Source: Takakia lepidozioides (taxonomy: Eukaryota > Plantae > Bryophyta). Taken from it: 64,000 bases of DNA. The stretch is from assembly GCA_030704615.1 (NCBI GenBank), contig CM060733.1, positions 22,320,001-22,384,000 of the forward strand, given 5' to 3'. The translations under genes were made by a program, and so were the position numbers. The notes under the pieces were generated by a model. That model saw nothing but the letters and a program-made list of their open reading frames with translations. It had not been told where the DNA came from and searched no databases. Below, in pieces: positions 1-14,060 of the stretch (its first letter is position 1; each line of letters opens with the position of its first letter).

Positions 1-1084
1 TCCAGGGCTGCCTTGTTTTGCTGGCTGAAGACACTGAAAAAAAAGAAAATGAACACAACAACAGCAACCATTCTGACCCTGAGGTGAGATATCCTTGTCC
101 CCTCTCATTTTCCTAATGACAGTGTAACAACAGGTGCATCCATCTCCACCCTATCCTGGTTTGAATTCCAGTGTCTTCATTCCATTTTCAAAGGCCTTTT
201 CTACTCCTCACATTTCTGTCCCCTTCAGCAGATACAAGAGACAGTTCCAAAAACTTCACAAAGTCATTCCTAAGTGCCCAAAAAGAGAAGCCCACACTCT
301 TAGAACTTATCTGTCTTATACTCGTGTGAAGCGGGGTTCTGCCTGCCAAGCTGGCACCTCACCATCGCTGTCATCAGCCATATTCAACGCTTCTCCTCAT
401 CTTGATTCCAGTTCTCATCATGTCATGACGGCTTGCTTCATCAGCTGGCAACATCCTTGTGCTTGCCAACCTCTACCCTATCCTTCTACATGTGTACTTC
501 TGCCCTAAGGATGATGTGCTCCTACAGCTCTAAGACAGAAGGCAACTACAAGTCTTAATTACAGATAACTGAGTCGCATCCACACCAGCCTGCACTTCTC
601 ATTCCCCAACAGCTGTTGCTGCGCTCCATCTCTCATAACTGTACTCTTCAAGACAATGGCGGCAGCGGTAGTGCACCGCTCTTAGCACCTGCTCAGCTTT
701 CAAAATTGATTATTACCACGCAGAAAGAGGCACCGCTTCTCTTTGCACAAAATGCCAAGCAGATCCCTTAACGTCGCGCTTTAAGGCAAGCTGATTCACA
801 TGGCGCAGGTGTAAGTTCCCAAGCCAGCCTGCCTGACAACACTACGGCAGCAGCTGTGAAGAGTTGCCCGTCGTCTTCCTCCTCGTTTTCCTCAGCTCGA
901 GTTTCTAGGTTAAACATACGCGACGAAAATCATTCATTCCAAGGATGAAAAATGCTAAGTCATGGAAGTACCTGTAGGCCTGGGTAATTCCCTCCGACAT
1001 TAGTACCAGGCACTCCTTTTTCACCAATGCCGTAATTTGATGCCAACAAAATTTTCAATGTTACTCCCCTGCATTCACACTACA
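1..1084 (-). repeat. 3' LTR of element A (partial)
   Basis: Near-identical to 8670-9845. Begins TGTAGTGTGAATGCAGGGG on the minus strand. Confidence 0.9.
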
Positions 1085-1095
1085 TATGTAGTGTG

Positions 1096-1106
1096 TCTCC
1101 CCTTTT
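1096..1106 (-). other. Polypurine tract of element A
   Basis: AAAAGGGGAGA on the minus strand, between the integrase end and the 3' LTR. Confidence 0.75.
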
Positions 1107-1213
1107 AAGTGTCAGGGTCCTCACTGACCACCTTCATGGCTGATCACCTATTGGTGGTATGAAGGGTTTTAAATCCCTCCTACTTCTTACCCATTCCTTG
1201 TCTGCTCCATCTC

Positions 1214-4200
1214 TCAACCTGCATCTTCGTGCAGCTTCTCCAGTCTTGTGGTGCTTCCTGCATCCTTGTACCCCAAAAAGTCATAGGGTCCCTCCCATGG
1301 AGATGTCATGGAAGACCGCTTTCCAGGTCTCAACATCATTACCTTGCTGTTCTCCATCAACTTGCAATAGGTATGCCCTGTTTGATGCCTTCTTTCATAA
1401 TCTCTTGCCTGTTGACGCTGCCCTTTCTTCACACTCTTTAGCAGCTTTGCCCTCATCTGGTGAGAAGCTGGATTTTCTGCTGCATCATAAGTGTGACCCC
1501 TGCTACAGATCCATCAAAATTTACTGGTGCTGTAAGAAAATGCAACCTGTTGTCAATTCCCAGCCTTGGAATTCTACCAGTAAGTACCTGAAAAGGTGAG
1601 AATCCAGTTGAAGCATGGACACCCATTCTGTAACCAAACAGGGCTTTATAGAGATTCTGATCCCACTCAGTGTCGTTTTCCAACTCCTAAGGTGGTGATG
1701 CTGTTTGAGAGACTTAATGACCTTTCCACCATACCGTTACACTGAGGCCAGTAGGGGCGCTATGCTCCCTCCTATACCGTATTCGCGGCATGCATCTTCA
1801 AACTCACCTCCCCACTCCGTGCCATTGTCAGTGAGCAACGTATGTGGGCAGCTATACCTGTCAATCACTTCTTCCACTAGAAAGCGGGCAGTAAGTGCTG
1901 CTGTATGATCTGCCACTGGTGCAGCCTCTATCCATTTTGAGAAGTGATATTGCCACTAGAAAGTATTGGTTTCCCCTGGTTATAGGCAATGGTCCTGCCG
2001 TGTCAATTGCAACTCTGAAAAACAGATCCACTACTGGAATACTGTGCAGTTTTGAGCTACCTGAGCGCAACACCCTTTCTGTTTAGCCATCTGACATTCG
2101 CCACAGCCTTTGAGTACTTGCCTGATGAGTTTTGTTCTGTCATGCCAGAAATACCGTCGGCATATCTCCTCTTGTGTTCTTCGGACTCCAAAATGGCCCG
2201 TGGCCTTATGCACTTCATGATTATTGCCTCTCTGTCCGTTCTTGGTGGAACCACCCTTCCCTCAAAGTAGACCTCACCCTTGAGATAGGAGTACTGCCTT
2301 GCCCTGTTGGCTCTTTTGCTCCCTCCTTTGTCAGATAGTCATTGACTTCTCCAAAACATAAGAGATGCATAACTTCCACATCATCAAGTACATCAGGTTG
2401 CCTTTCCTCCTTAACAGCCACTGTATGACTGTCAGAGCTGATGAGAGACCTTTTCCCCCATCTTTCAGCTTCGCGCAATAGTGACATCTGAGTGGCCTTG
2501 GTGGGTGTGCTCCATGGCACCCAGTCCCCTTCATCATCCCTGTTATAAGAAGAAGTGTCTTGTTCGGAACAATGTGGCCCATCACTGTCTGAAGAATAAA
2601 ATGTCTTGGTGGAACACTCACCCCCATGTTCTCTTCAACTGGCCCTTCTGACGAGGAAGTCACCCGAGTTTTTCTTGTTGTTTCTGTGCTTGTAGATTGT
2701 TGAAGGAATGTGTTTCTTGCAAGCTTCCCTCTTCATCGTTTGATCGTTCCTTCACAATTTGCCGGCTGGCTGTACCTTGCTTGGCTCCTGATCACGAGCA
2801 TAAGATCCTCGGGTAATTACATGGATGGTGGGACAAAAGGCCATCAGATCTTCCTCTTCTTTGTTGTTGATTGCAGGATCTCCCTTTTTCCTGCACCCAT
2901 ATCTTTCCAAATACCCTTCCTGACCAGATTGACAGGACTTGATTGATCAATTCCCTTTCCTTGTTTATTGGCAGCCAAAGTCTGTGCAGCAAAAGTCACC
3001 CTTTTTTCCTCCCCATTTGGCATTGTACCTGGTTTCAGTCCTCCTTTCAATACACCATGAGCCTTGGTCAACCTTCCACCTGTGTAAGAGCTATCTATTC
3101 TAGGAACGAACTCAAATGAAAAGTCACCAAGCAAATCTATTCCTATGTGGTGCTCTGAGTACAGCCACCAATATGGGTCCAGATCTGTTTCTAAAGAAAA
3201 ATGACTTCCCAAGTGTTTTTTTGAAATGCCAAAGACCCCACACACATGCATAGTACTCTTCTCTTTTGCAGATCATTTCCCCTCTTTCACTGCTATACCC
3301 ACTTGCCTATGAGCCTCTTCTCTCAACTCCTTCTTACCCTCCTTAAATTGAAATAGATAAGCCTTGATGGCACCCCTATCCCACTCTAGTTTAAGAAGAT
3401 AGGCTCCATCCCTTCTTCCTTCCCTTTTCTGTTTGTATAAAGAAGTAGAGTATACCTCGATTTCCTCGGTTTCCTCTGCTGGTCCCACTGGATACCTGCT
3501 TAGCGCATCTACGTTAGCATGCCTAGCACCTGCCCTATGAACAATTTTAAACTCAAAATCTTGTAACATCATGATCCATCTACCCCTGCGTCCATATGCG
3601 TCACTTACCGTTGCCAACCACTCCAGTGGTTTGTGATCAGTCCTGATTACAAAAGGGGTTCCATACAGGTACTGCCGAAAGTGTAATACTCCCCACACCA
3701 GGGCATAGCATTCACCTTCCATAGGGTGATATTTGCGCTGAGCATCAGATAGTACCTTACTGGCGTATGCAATGACCCTCTCCTTTTTATACTCCTTTTG
3801 TGACAAGACTGCCCCTACTCCTTTGATGGACCAGTCAACATCCAAGACAAACGGTCTTGAGAAATCTGGTCTTGCCAGGATGGGAGCAGTTACCAACTTC
3901 ACCTGTAAGGCAGAAAAGGCATTTTGTGCCTCTGCACTCCATATAAACTTCACATCCTTCTTGGTTAGAGTGAACAAGGGTACTGCTACTCCAGCATATC
4001 CTTTGACATAGGGCCTATAGTACCCTGTCATGCCTAAGTAGCTTTTGAGAGCAGTGTGGTTTTTAGGCAAGGGAAACCTTTCAATAGCAGCTATCTTATC
4101 TGGATCAGGCCACGTTCCCTCTTCAGAAACCACATGCCCAAGGAATACCAACTGTAAGTTGGCAAAGTAACATTTGTCTGGATTGAGCCTAAGATTGGCC

Positions 4201-7150
4201 TTTCTAACCTTTCTCAGTACTCTCTTTATATGTCCCACATGATCTCCCCAGTCCTTGCTATGGATATTGACGTCATCTACAAAAACTTTAGCGCAATCCT
4301 TGATTTCTTCTTTGAGTACCCTATTCATTGTTCTCTGAAAGGTAGCAGTGGCATTTTTTAGCCCGAATGGCATGACTAGCCATTCATACAATCCCTTCTT
4401 TGTAATCACTATTGTTTTGCTTATGTCTTGGTCGTCCATTTTGATCTGCCAAAAACCAGATTGTAAATCCAGCGCAGAAAACCACTTGGCTTTCCCCAAC
4501 TGGTTTAAAACATCCTGAATTAATGGCATAGGGTAAGAGTCCCTTCTGGTTAAACGGTTTTACTGGCCTAAAATCACCACAAAACCGCTTGGATCCATCC
4601 TTTTTTGGTGGAAGGGTAACTGGACACGACCATTCTGAACTACTCTCTCTCATCTTGCCTTGTGAGATCAAAGTCTCAATTTGTCCTTGGACCTCGTTTT
4701 CCTCCCACTGATAGGCGGCTGGGACGACTTCTGCAAGGGGGAAAGCCTTGAGTATCAATTGTATGTTCCACCTCACTGCAATAACCTAAGTCAGCCTTGC
4801 TAAGAGCAAAACATTCTTGATTTGCTTTTAGCTCTTGCTCCAGCTCTTTCCTTTGTTCAGGAGCGAGCTCTGGGTTGATGTGTAGTCTGGATTTCAGACT
4901 TCTCCAACGACTCTCCATTTCTTCCTCTTGACTGGGTTCTAAACTCATTCCCTCCACCTGGCTACAGAGTTAGCTACTCTCTGTCTTTCCTCCTGTGTTA
5001 CAACCTGATTCCAATCATGGAAATCATCCTCTATTTCTACGTTGTTGTTTCCTAGTTCCATCCCAAGCCTTCTGGTGAGCTTCCTGAATTATAGCGGCAG
5101 CCATGCTGCGTTGGGTCTCTTCCTGAAGGAGTTCAGACATCCCTTGGTCTTCGAACAGGTCCTCCCCTAGGCTGACATCATCTATTATCTCCTCAACATC
5201 TTTCAGTACTGTATCTACCTCCTCACTCTCTTCAGAACCTCCCATCTCCTCATCCTTATCAGATTTAGAGGTGTCAGAACCTGAGGATCCTTCCTCCGTG
5301 TCCTCATACTCTTCCTCTGGCTTTCTTTTTTTTCCCACAAGCCTAGGTACTGCTCATCTGACGTCAGGGTTAAGACATTACCTGCTGACGTACTGCCTGC
5401 ATACCGCACTCTGCTCTCGACCCCTCTATGGCAGGCCATTTTGGTAACTGCAGGCTCATTATAATTTATGGTGTGCAAAGGGAAGTGAGCAAAATCCTTT
5501 CCTGGCCCATAGCGCACACGAATTGTTTCAGCTTCGGTGTCAACTACAGCGCCAAACTTTTTGAGAAAGTCTAATCCCAGCAGCATGTGATATGTATCCG
5601 TGTTCACCACCATAAAGGACAAACGATTGGTCAGCTCTCCTACTTTGACCTTGATGTCCTCAAGTCTGCCCATGCAGTCTCAAGAGCACCAGAGGCTACT
5701 CTGTAATTTACATCCTTACTAGTAATGACAGATCCCATCAGACCAAGATCCCTTACAGTACTCGCGGATATTACTGAGAGCATGGCACCTGTGTCAATCT
5801 GGCCTAATACTTGGTAATCTCCCATTGTAATCATCACATGAAGTGCCTTTACTTACCAGTATAAGCATATGAGATTGTGGGTTCAGCGTGTGCTGAGTAC
5901 AAAGGTTTTGGTACATCCCTCACAACTTCTACACTGTGAGTTGTCTCCCTTTGTTGTACCATTGCCCTTTCCACCACTTTGACCAGCCCTTTCAATTTGT
6001 CTAGCTCTCCGGGCACAGTCATGATCAGATCCATGGGAGACAACGAGATTCTCCCTTTGTAGAAGTGGTTCAAGATTCTGGATTTCGTACCCTCCTTCTA
6101 TGGCAGTCTTGAAATTGTTCTTTGGGTAGATTTCACTCTTGGTCCTGCTTGGCTGTTCACTGCTCTCACTATTCCTTTTGGTGACCCTGTAGGTTCAACA
6201 ATCGGACTCTGGACAGGGATACGTGTCCTTGGAAGTCTGACTTCATTGATACTATTTTGTGACATCAGATTTGTCATTTCTGCGAGTACATCATCCTCAT
6301 CATCATAGAACACATCTACAAAGTTAGTTCCCGGAGTTCCCATCATAGTCTGGTCGAGTTTTCTACTGCACTCACTCTCTGTATGCCCGAGTAGCTTGCA
6401 AAAGTTGCATCTCACACCACACATTTCCGTGGAATGCCCGAACCGGTGACATTTGTCACACTTAGCTGGGGTTCTTCCTTCAGGACAATATGCAGCTATG
6501 TGACCTTCTTTGTGACAAACATTACAAAGGCGAACACGAGGTGGTGTTCTAGATCCCGAGCTTTCTCCTATGACTGGTCCCCTATCAAAGTACTTCTGTA
6601 GGGTAGTGTTCAGCTGATCAAGTCTTCTGTCCACAGGGTTGACAAACACAACTGACTCATCTGTATCATCTCCTTCCAATGGCTCTAGAGGTATTTCCCC
6701 TAACTTTCCCAGGCCCCTTTCAATCTCAATGGCTGCGCGGATGTTTGAACCCCTTCCAATGGACATGCCTGGAGATGCGTCCTGTATCTGCACATAACTT
6801 CCCGTTCACTACCGGTCTTGAACGCAAGAGGCCGCTGGTGTGGGCTTGAAATTATGACCTTGACCCCTATCGAAGTATGTTTGAACGAAGTTCATTACCA
6901 GCTGTTTGATGGTATCCATTCTTAGCCTGATTTCTGCCAAGTCATGATACCAAACTTGGCTGAAATGGCTGCCCTAAAATCCTTCCCAGTTGTCTGGCCT
7001 AGGGTTTTGTTTACGGTACCATTCATCAGCTGTCTCTCAGGTTGAGCCTTGCTACTTTTTGAAAGTTTTTGTCCTCATTTAAATCCCCTGACATCTGTCC
7101 TCTCCTATCTAAATTCTTTCTTCAGTCATTCACATCCTCACTATTCCTCC
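1214..7150 (-). pseudogene. Frameshifted gag-pol of element A
   Basis: Three CCHC knuckles (6098-6793), protease IDTGA and LLGLDFL, RT LDLQSGFWQI/MPFGL/FVDD, RNase H DVDWS...TDHKPL, integrase H2C2, AIDTAGPLP and GPY. Split over many ORFs. Confidence 0.92.
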
Positions 7151-7627
7151 CATGATAAGGCACATCTATCTAGTTGGGCTGGTCATTTTTCTATACTCTA
7201 GTCGAAGTTCAAACTGTTTCACACCCTAACTCTGACTCTAATTTTCCTGCAACTCCCTTAATGCTGACCTCTATACCACTCCCACTGTCCCATTTTTCGC
7301 AACATCTCTACTCTATACCTCCCCATGTCAACCTCTCGTGCCATGGTATTTATCTTCTCCCACCTTCCTAACTCCTCTTATCCAAGTGCTATGGTTGTTC
7401 TTTCCACCAGTATGTATCACTCTAAGACATAAATCACCATTAGCTATTCTCCAGCAGGGTTGAAGAAGTACAAACAAGGGTCTGCGTGGGCATTTGGTGT
7501 GCGTCTGCTGAAGCAAATCAGCAAATCTCCAAGCTTGGTTCATCAGGAATTAGTGTGTGGTCTCTGCCTACCATCAAGCCTACAATACCAGTCAAATCCC
7601 TAGCTAGTAGAAATCAAGATTAACGAA

Positions 7628-7639
7628 GCTCTGATACCA
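7628..7639 (-). other. Primer binding site (initiator tRNA-Met) of element A
   Basis: TGGTATCAGAGC on the minus strand. Confidence 0.88.
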
Positions 7640-7663
7640 AAAGAAGGGGCGTGAATCCCCTTC

Positions 7664-9845
7664 TGTATAATTCTAATTGTGCTTCCCTCAATTCTCAGCG
7701 GAGCAAGAAAGAAACGTTCTTCTAATCTGTCCACCTGTCGTCACTTGGCTGTGGGTTTCCCTCAGGTCCTTCGTGATCAGAGTTCAAGCAATCCTCATCC
7801 CGCCGCAGCGGAAGAGAACATGGATGGGAGTCAATGTTGTTCACTCTTGGTTCTACCCTTTTACACAACATCCTCTACCTGCAGGTACAACAACACCACT
7901 ATGCTGCTACGATGTATTCAGTGATGCAATCAGCCTATGTCAGTGATAAAACACTGCCCTTGTGGGCAGTTCCCTTGGTTTGCAACACTCGTAGCCCTTT
8001 TTGTAAGAGATCAACGGTCTAGGTGGGTGGGCAGCTCAGATCTGCCATGAACTGCAGGCCCACAGTTTGATCATCAGGGTTCATGTTCCTTCTTGACCTC
8101 GCCTTTCCATTTGTCCATCCCTCATCAACCCTTTCTCCTTTTCACGTTTCTTTCTCTCACACTCTTTTTCCTTCGTGTGTGGATTCTCACTTTTTTCCAC
8201 ACAGCATGGCTATGATGCATGCAATGCACATCCAGCCAGCATCCAGTGCATCCATCCATTGAAGTCAACCTTGGTCACACAAGACATGATCTTCCCCTCT
8301 GTCAGTCTTTCTCTCTCTCCTCTCTCTCCTCTCTCTCTTCTCTCTCTCTCTCTCTCCCGTGACTGGTCCTTGCACTAATCTTTCCCCAAGTGATCCTATT
8401 TGGCCAAGGTGCTTCACAACCCTTCTACAGATCTCAAATCACACACCCTACCCTGACACTCTCTTTCTCCTCAACTGCAAACATCAATCTTCACATGTTG
8501 AGAACACTTCTAGAATCAGATCCAAACCCCAAAACAGTATTGACTTTCTTTCCCACCACGTCATTCCTTCCTCAGCCCTCCCCCCCCTTCCAAATCCGTT
8601 TCTGACGGACCATCCCTGTTTTCCTCTATCCACCAAGCTAGTTCTCACTGGCTCCACTGTTTTGAACATCCAGGGCTGCCTTGTTTTGGCTGGCTGAAGA
8701 CACTGAAAATAAAGAAATGAACACAAAACAGCAACCATCACCATCTGACCCTGAGGTGAGATATCCTTGTCCCCTCTCATTTTCCTAATGACAAGTGTAA
8801 CAACAGGTGCATCATCTCCACCCTATCTGGTTTGAATTCCAGTGTCTTCATTCCATTTTCAAAGGCCTTTTCTACTCTCCTCACATTTTCTGTCCCCTCA
8901 GCAGATACAAGAGACAGTTCCAAAAACTTCACAAAGTCATTCCTAAGTGCCCAAAAAGAGAAGCCACACTCTTAGGAACTTATCTGTCTTATACTCGTGT
9001 GAAGGCGGTGGTTTCTGCCTGCCAAGCTGGCACCTCCACCATCGCTGTCATCAGCCATTTCAACGCTTCTCCTCATCTTGATTCCAGTTCTCATCATGTC
9101 ATGACGGCTGCTTCATCAAGCTGGCAACATCCTTGTGCTTGCCAACCTCTACCCTATCCTTCTACACATGTGTACTTATGCCCTAAGATTGATGTGCTCC
9201 TACAGCTCTAAGAGACAGAAGGCAAACTACAAGTCTTATTACACAGATAACTCTGAGTCGCATCCACACCAGCCTGCACTTCTCATTCCCCAACAACTGT
9301 TGCGCTGCGCGCCATCTCATCATAACTGTACTCTTCAAGACATGGCGGCAGCGGTAGTGCACCGCTCTTAGCACCTGCTCAGCTTTCAAAATTGATTATT
9401 ACCACGCGAAAGAGGCAAACCACCGCTTCTCTTTGCACAAAATGCCAAGCAGATCCTTAACGTCGCGCTTTAAAGGCAAGCTGATTCACATGGCGCAGGT
9501 GTAAGTTTCCCAAGCCAGCCTGCCTGACAACACTACGGCAGCAGCTGTGAAGATTTGCCCGTCGTCTTCTCCCTCCTCGTTTTCCTCAGCTCCGAGTTTC
9601 TAGGTTGAACATACGCGACGAAAATCATTCATTCCAAGGATGAAAAATGCGCAATGTTATGACTTAGCCATATTTTGTCCTGGCGAGCAAGAGCATGTGT
9701 TCCCATGGAATTACCTGTAGGCCTGGGTAATTCCCTCCTGACATTAGTACCAGGCACTCCTTTTTCATCACCAATGCCGTAATTTTGATGCCCCAACAAA
9801 ATTTTCAATGTTACTACTCTCTTACTCCCCTGCATTCACACTATA
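7664..9845 (-). repeat. 5' LTR of element A (~2.2 kb; inner boundary approximate)
   Basis: Matches 1-1084. Minus-strand ends TATAG(TGTAG)...TACA. Contains a CT microsatellite at ~8305-8357. Confidence 0.82.
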
Positions 9846-12453
9846 CCTCATGCGAAGCGCATGAAGGCTTTACAACAGCAGTTAGATGTGTACAAACTCA
9901 GAGAGGAGCACACTCTCAGAGGAACCACAAGCCACTTGGTGGATAACCACTTATGTAGGTCTAGTTAGCACAAGGGCCAGTGGAGGGCAAAGCACCATAA
10001 AACTCACCCAAAAGCGAGATGAATGAGCTCAACTGCAAGTGCAGAACATTGCCACAATTACTATAGACAATGTCTATAGTAGGGTAACAGAGTTATAGGA
10101 GGATTTAGACGGACTGCAGACTCAAGTGGAGGACCTAACTTCAGATATCGACAAAAGAGTCTATATACCTGAGGAACAGCTAATCGCTTCTTATTTACAG
10201 CCAGAACTTTGGCTTTCAATCTTCTTCACAGCAGGTGCAGGAGATGCCAATGATACAAGAGCCAGTGGCCATCAACACCACCACAAGTCACTGTGCCAGT
10301 AGCTGACCCTGTTGTTACTACAGCCACACCACTCCACCACAAAGCCTGACGTATGGGGCAATGCTGCTTTTAACCCCCCAAAAACTCCAGCTGAAGGGAG
10401 TACAGTAGGGCTATGATTATGCCCTTCACCAAATTCCAACCAATTCCATTGTGTTGAATTTGGTTTGGAAAGAATTTAGTCCTCCGCAGTCATTCGCACA
10501 TTACTATCAAATCATGCGCATATGGCTGCCAGTGACAACTAGGACTAAAGTTCTTCCGAACAATCGACCAATTGAGGATCATCACTTTGCACAGTACTGA
10601 CCATGTTGAAGGAATTAATTGCTTTCCAAGTTGTACATGGATTCATTTATACCAAGAGCCAAGGAGGTACAAGTATTGGTCTGGATGCGGGTTATACTAC
10701 GCTGCTTGTTTTTTGGTACTTATCACATCGAGCAGCACAAGATGCATCGCGCTTTCTGAGTTATTCAGTGGGGATCATTTGTCTTACCTTCAGTGCCACC
10801 TCATACGTACCTATATGAGGCAAAGTTTATGATACAAAAGGATTCTCAAATTCGTTCCAGGTTTCATGCGGCCTGCAACATTGTGTCAACACAGAAATTC
10901 GGCATTGATGATATTTTCTATAAGGGACATGTGGCAATGGAAATACTGCACAATTCACAAGTCATTGGTACCCCCACTCACCTGGACAGAGAAGGAGCTC
11001 CGGGTCTTCACCAATTTTGCCATACAGCGTTTACAGCAGTTTTAAAATATAACTTCCAGACATGGTAGGACAACATGTATGCCCCAGAGGATTCCACAAA
11101 AAGTTCGACAATTAAAACACCTGAGAGGCGAGGAGATTCTGATACAACTGTTCTCAGCGAACGACTCTTTTGACATGGGAGAAGACTATGCAATTCAGAT
11201 GGCAGAAAAGAAGCGACGGGGTCTCCTATGCCTGAAGGTTACCTCGATATCAGCCTCCAGAGGGCCTCACATATCCAGGTAGTGTTCAATCATCTCCGTC
11301 AACCAGTGACAGACCTCGGGCTCGTACACACAGTCCGCCACGAAACTCTCAACGTCAGAAAGGTGCTCGCTCACAAAGGTTTTCTAATCCCAATGAGTAA
11401 AACCGTGAGGACACGCTTTTTGAGAGGGGAAGGGGTAATGTAGAGGACTGTCTGGACTTTAGACACTTTATACGGAATCTGGGGGTACCCTTAATTTTTG
11501 CACAGACTGAGACCAACAGGAGCCTTAGGGGTGACAACAGCGCACTTTAGGGGGGGTTACATAGCCCGTCACAGCCAACACAGCCAACACAGCCAGACAC
11601 AGTCAACACACTCGTCACACGAACCCAGCCCCACACCAGCCCTCAAAGCCACACAGCCCATCACAGCTGATACAGCCACACAGCCAGTCACAGCCCGACA
11701 CAGCCAAACACAGTCCCAGTTTCACACAGCCAGTCACAGCTTGACACACACTGTCACGACCATAGGGAACGGATAGCAGGACAGGGAACGACTGTGGGGA
11801 ACAACACCTGCGAATGGAACATGTTAGTTCACGGACGACGGTTAGTGAGGAAAACGGTTAGAACAACGGGTAGGAAGATAAAGCTAGGAGCAAGGACTAA
11901 AAGGGGGATTATTATTTTTGGGAGCACTTCGGGGGGGGAATCACTGGTGGAAGGAGAGGAAGGAGCACTTCTGGGGGGACTTCGGACATCACTGGGGGAA
12001 AAGAGGAGAGAGCGTATCTCTGAGCAGAAAGATGGAGAGCACGGAGTAGGAGGAGGATCTGTTGATGCTTAATGAATGCAGGCAGTAGAATTGTAATGTA
12101 GAGCAGATTCGAGACTCCATGGCTTCAGCCTGATACTTGATAGATATTAATCTGATACACACTTCATACTCACACTGTGTAGAGAGATCTGAGTGAAGCT
12201 GTGGAATGAATGGATGAGTTGATGGAATCCGATAAATTGATGAAGCAAACTGATACTTAATTACCAGCAGTAAGGTAACTAGCTAACATGAATGCGGGAA
12301 GGAAAACAAATAGGAAACACCCCCATGATACACTAGCTGTAGGTCATGACTGATTGTTCTGAGCGGGCTGAGTACTTAGAGATTTCCAACTCTTCTATCT
12401 TGGAGTTTCCGCCTCGGATAGCGAACGGGTGGGTGAGTAAAAGCCGCGCGACA
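9846..12453 (+). mobile_element. Family B gypsy copy B2: degraded 3' accessory ORF, PPT and 3' LTR
   Basis: Homologous to 12454-13420 (inverted) and 25815-27735. PPT GAGAGGGGAAGGGG at 11422-11435. Interrupted on the left by element A. Confidence 0.88.
11439..12453 (+). repeat. 3' LTR of B2
   Basis: TG...AAAAGCCGCGCGACA. Inverted homolog of 22835-23715. Contains a CACAGCC repeat array. Confidence 0.85.
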
Positions 12454-14050
12454 GGAGTTGGCACTGAAGGTAAGACCCAATGATCCCCATTGGAATAACT
12501 CAGAAATTGTGATTGCATCTTTTGCTGCTCAATGTGATAACGTGCCAGAAAACAAGCAGCATAGTATAACCCACAGCCCATGACAATACTTGCTACCTCC
12601 TTGGTCTTGGTATAAATGTACCCATGTACAACTTGGAAGGCAATTAATTCCTTCAACATGGTACTTGCTTCAGACCAGTACCTCGCAAAGTGATGATCCT
12701 CAATGGGTCGATTGTTTGGAAGAACCTTAGTCCGAGTTGCCACTAGCAGCCAAATGCGCATGATCTGGTAGTAATGGGCCAACGACTGCGGAGGACTAAA
12801 TTCCTTCCAAGCCAAATCCAACACAATGGGAATTTGGTTGAAGGGCATAATCATAGCCCGACTGTACTCTCGTGCACCATGAGTCCTAGGTGGGTTAAAA
12901 GCAGCATCCCCCCATACCTCAGGCTGTGGCGGCTGTGGTGTGGCTGTAGCAACAACAGGGTCAGCTACCGGCACAGTCACTTGTTGTGGTATTGGTAACA
13001 CTGGCCCTTCCACCACTGGCATCTCCTGCACCCCTTGCGAAGAAGACTGAAAAATTAGAGTTCTGGCTTGTAAATAAGTAGCCATGAGCTGCTCCTCAGG
13101 TACAAAGACTCTCTTGTCAATATTTGAAGTCAGGTCCTCCACCTGAGTTTGCAGGCCGTCTACATCCTCCTGTAGCTCCGCTATCCTACTATAGACATTG
13201 TCTATAGTAGTTGTGGCAATGTTCTGCACCTGCAGTCTGAGCTCATTCATCTCGCCCTGGGTGAGCTTCCGTGGTGCTTTGCCTTCCACCGGCCCTTGTG
13301 CTAACCACACCTGCATAAGGTGGTTATCCACCAAGTTGTGTGTGGCACCTCTAAGAGTCTGCTCCTCTGTGAACATGTACACATCTATCTGCTGCTGTAA
13401 AGCGTCTATGCGCTTCGCATGAGGTTCAATCAAACTCGCATAGGCAGCAGCCAGATTATTGGCTTCCTTCCAAGCCTTGTTAGCCACAGAGAGTTCATTT
13501 CTATTCACCATGACTATTTGTTGCAACTCCAGGATGTACCTCTCTTGGTCAGCTTCAACCTGTCTGTATTGCTTGAAAGCGTTCTCATTGCGACAGATTG
13601 TATTCTTCATATCAACAATGAGTTTTGTCTGCTCGACTGTCTCTGCCTCAACCTTCATACATCTCTCCGCTTGTCTGTTAACTTCTAATGCAGTTTGCTC
13701 AAGAGTAGTTGTGAGTGTAGCACATTGTATGGTCATCCTCTCATGTACTGTCTGCAACTCTGTATGTAGTGCATTCACTTCTTGCAACTTGCCCTCATGC
13801 TTCACCTGCATTTGGTATAACTGTTGTTTATGTGCTTCGTGCAACTGGTCTTGCGTGAGGTCTGCTTCAATCAAATGTTCCTTGACTAACTGCAAATCAG
13901 CTTTTGTATCTTCTAACTATTGCTGTAACTTGAGATTGACCTCCTCATCAACCTTGTTTGCACACTCAGTGGCAAGTCGAGCCTCGAACTCCTTTCTGAG
14001 TTCCTCCCTCAAAGCTGCCAATTGGGTAGATGGAACATGGGATTTCACAT
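12454..14050 (-). CDS. B1 3' accessory ORF: long coiled coil plus conserved C-terminal domain, unknown function (truncated by B2)
   Basis: ORF 12333-13895, whose last ~40 codons read into the B2 LTR. Protein conserved in the copies at 9846-11280 and 25190-27250. Confidence 0.75.
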
Positions 14051-14060
14051 AACTGCCCAA

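Larger units (their letters stand above)
1..9845 (-). mobile_element. Ty3/gypsy LTR retrotransposon, family A (3' LTR runs off the window start)
   Basis: 1-1084 repeats 8670-9845. PBS at 7628-7639 and PPT at 1096-1106. Minus-strand domain order gag-PR-RT-RH-INT. Confidence 0.93.

Noticed and set aside
134-508. 124-aa ORF and its 134-aa twin at 8807-9211
   Set aside because: Both lie within the LTRs, their frames differ by indels, and there is no recognisable domain.
12333-12453. C-terminus of the 520-aa ORF
   Set aside because: Read-through into the antisense strand of the B2 LTR.
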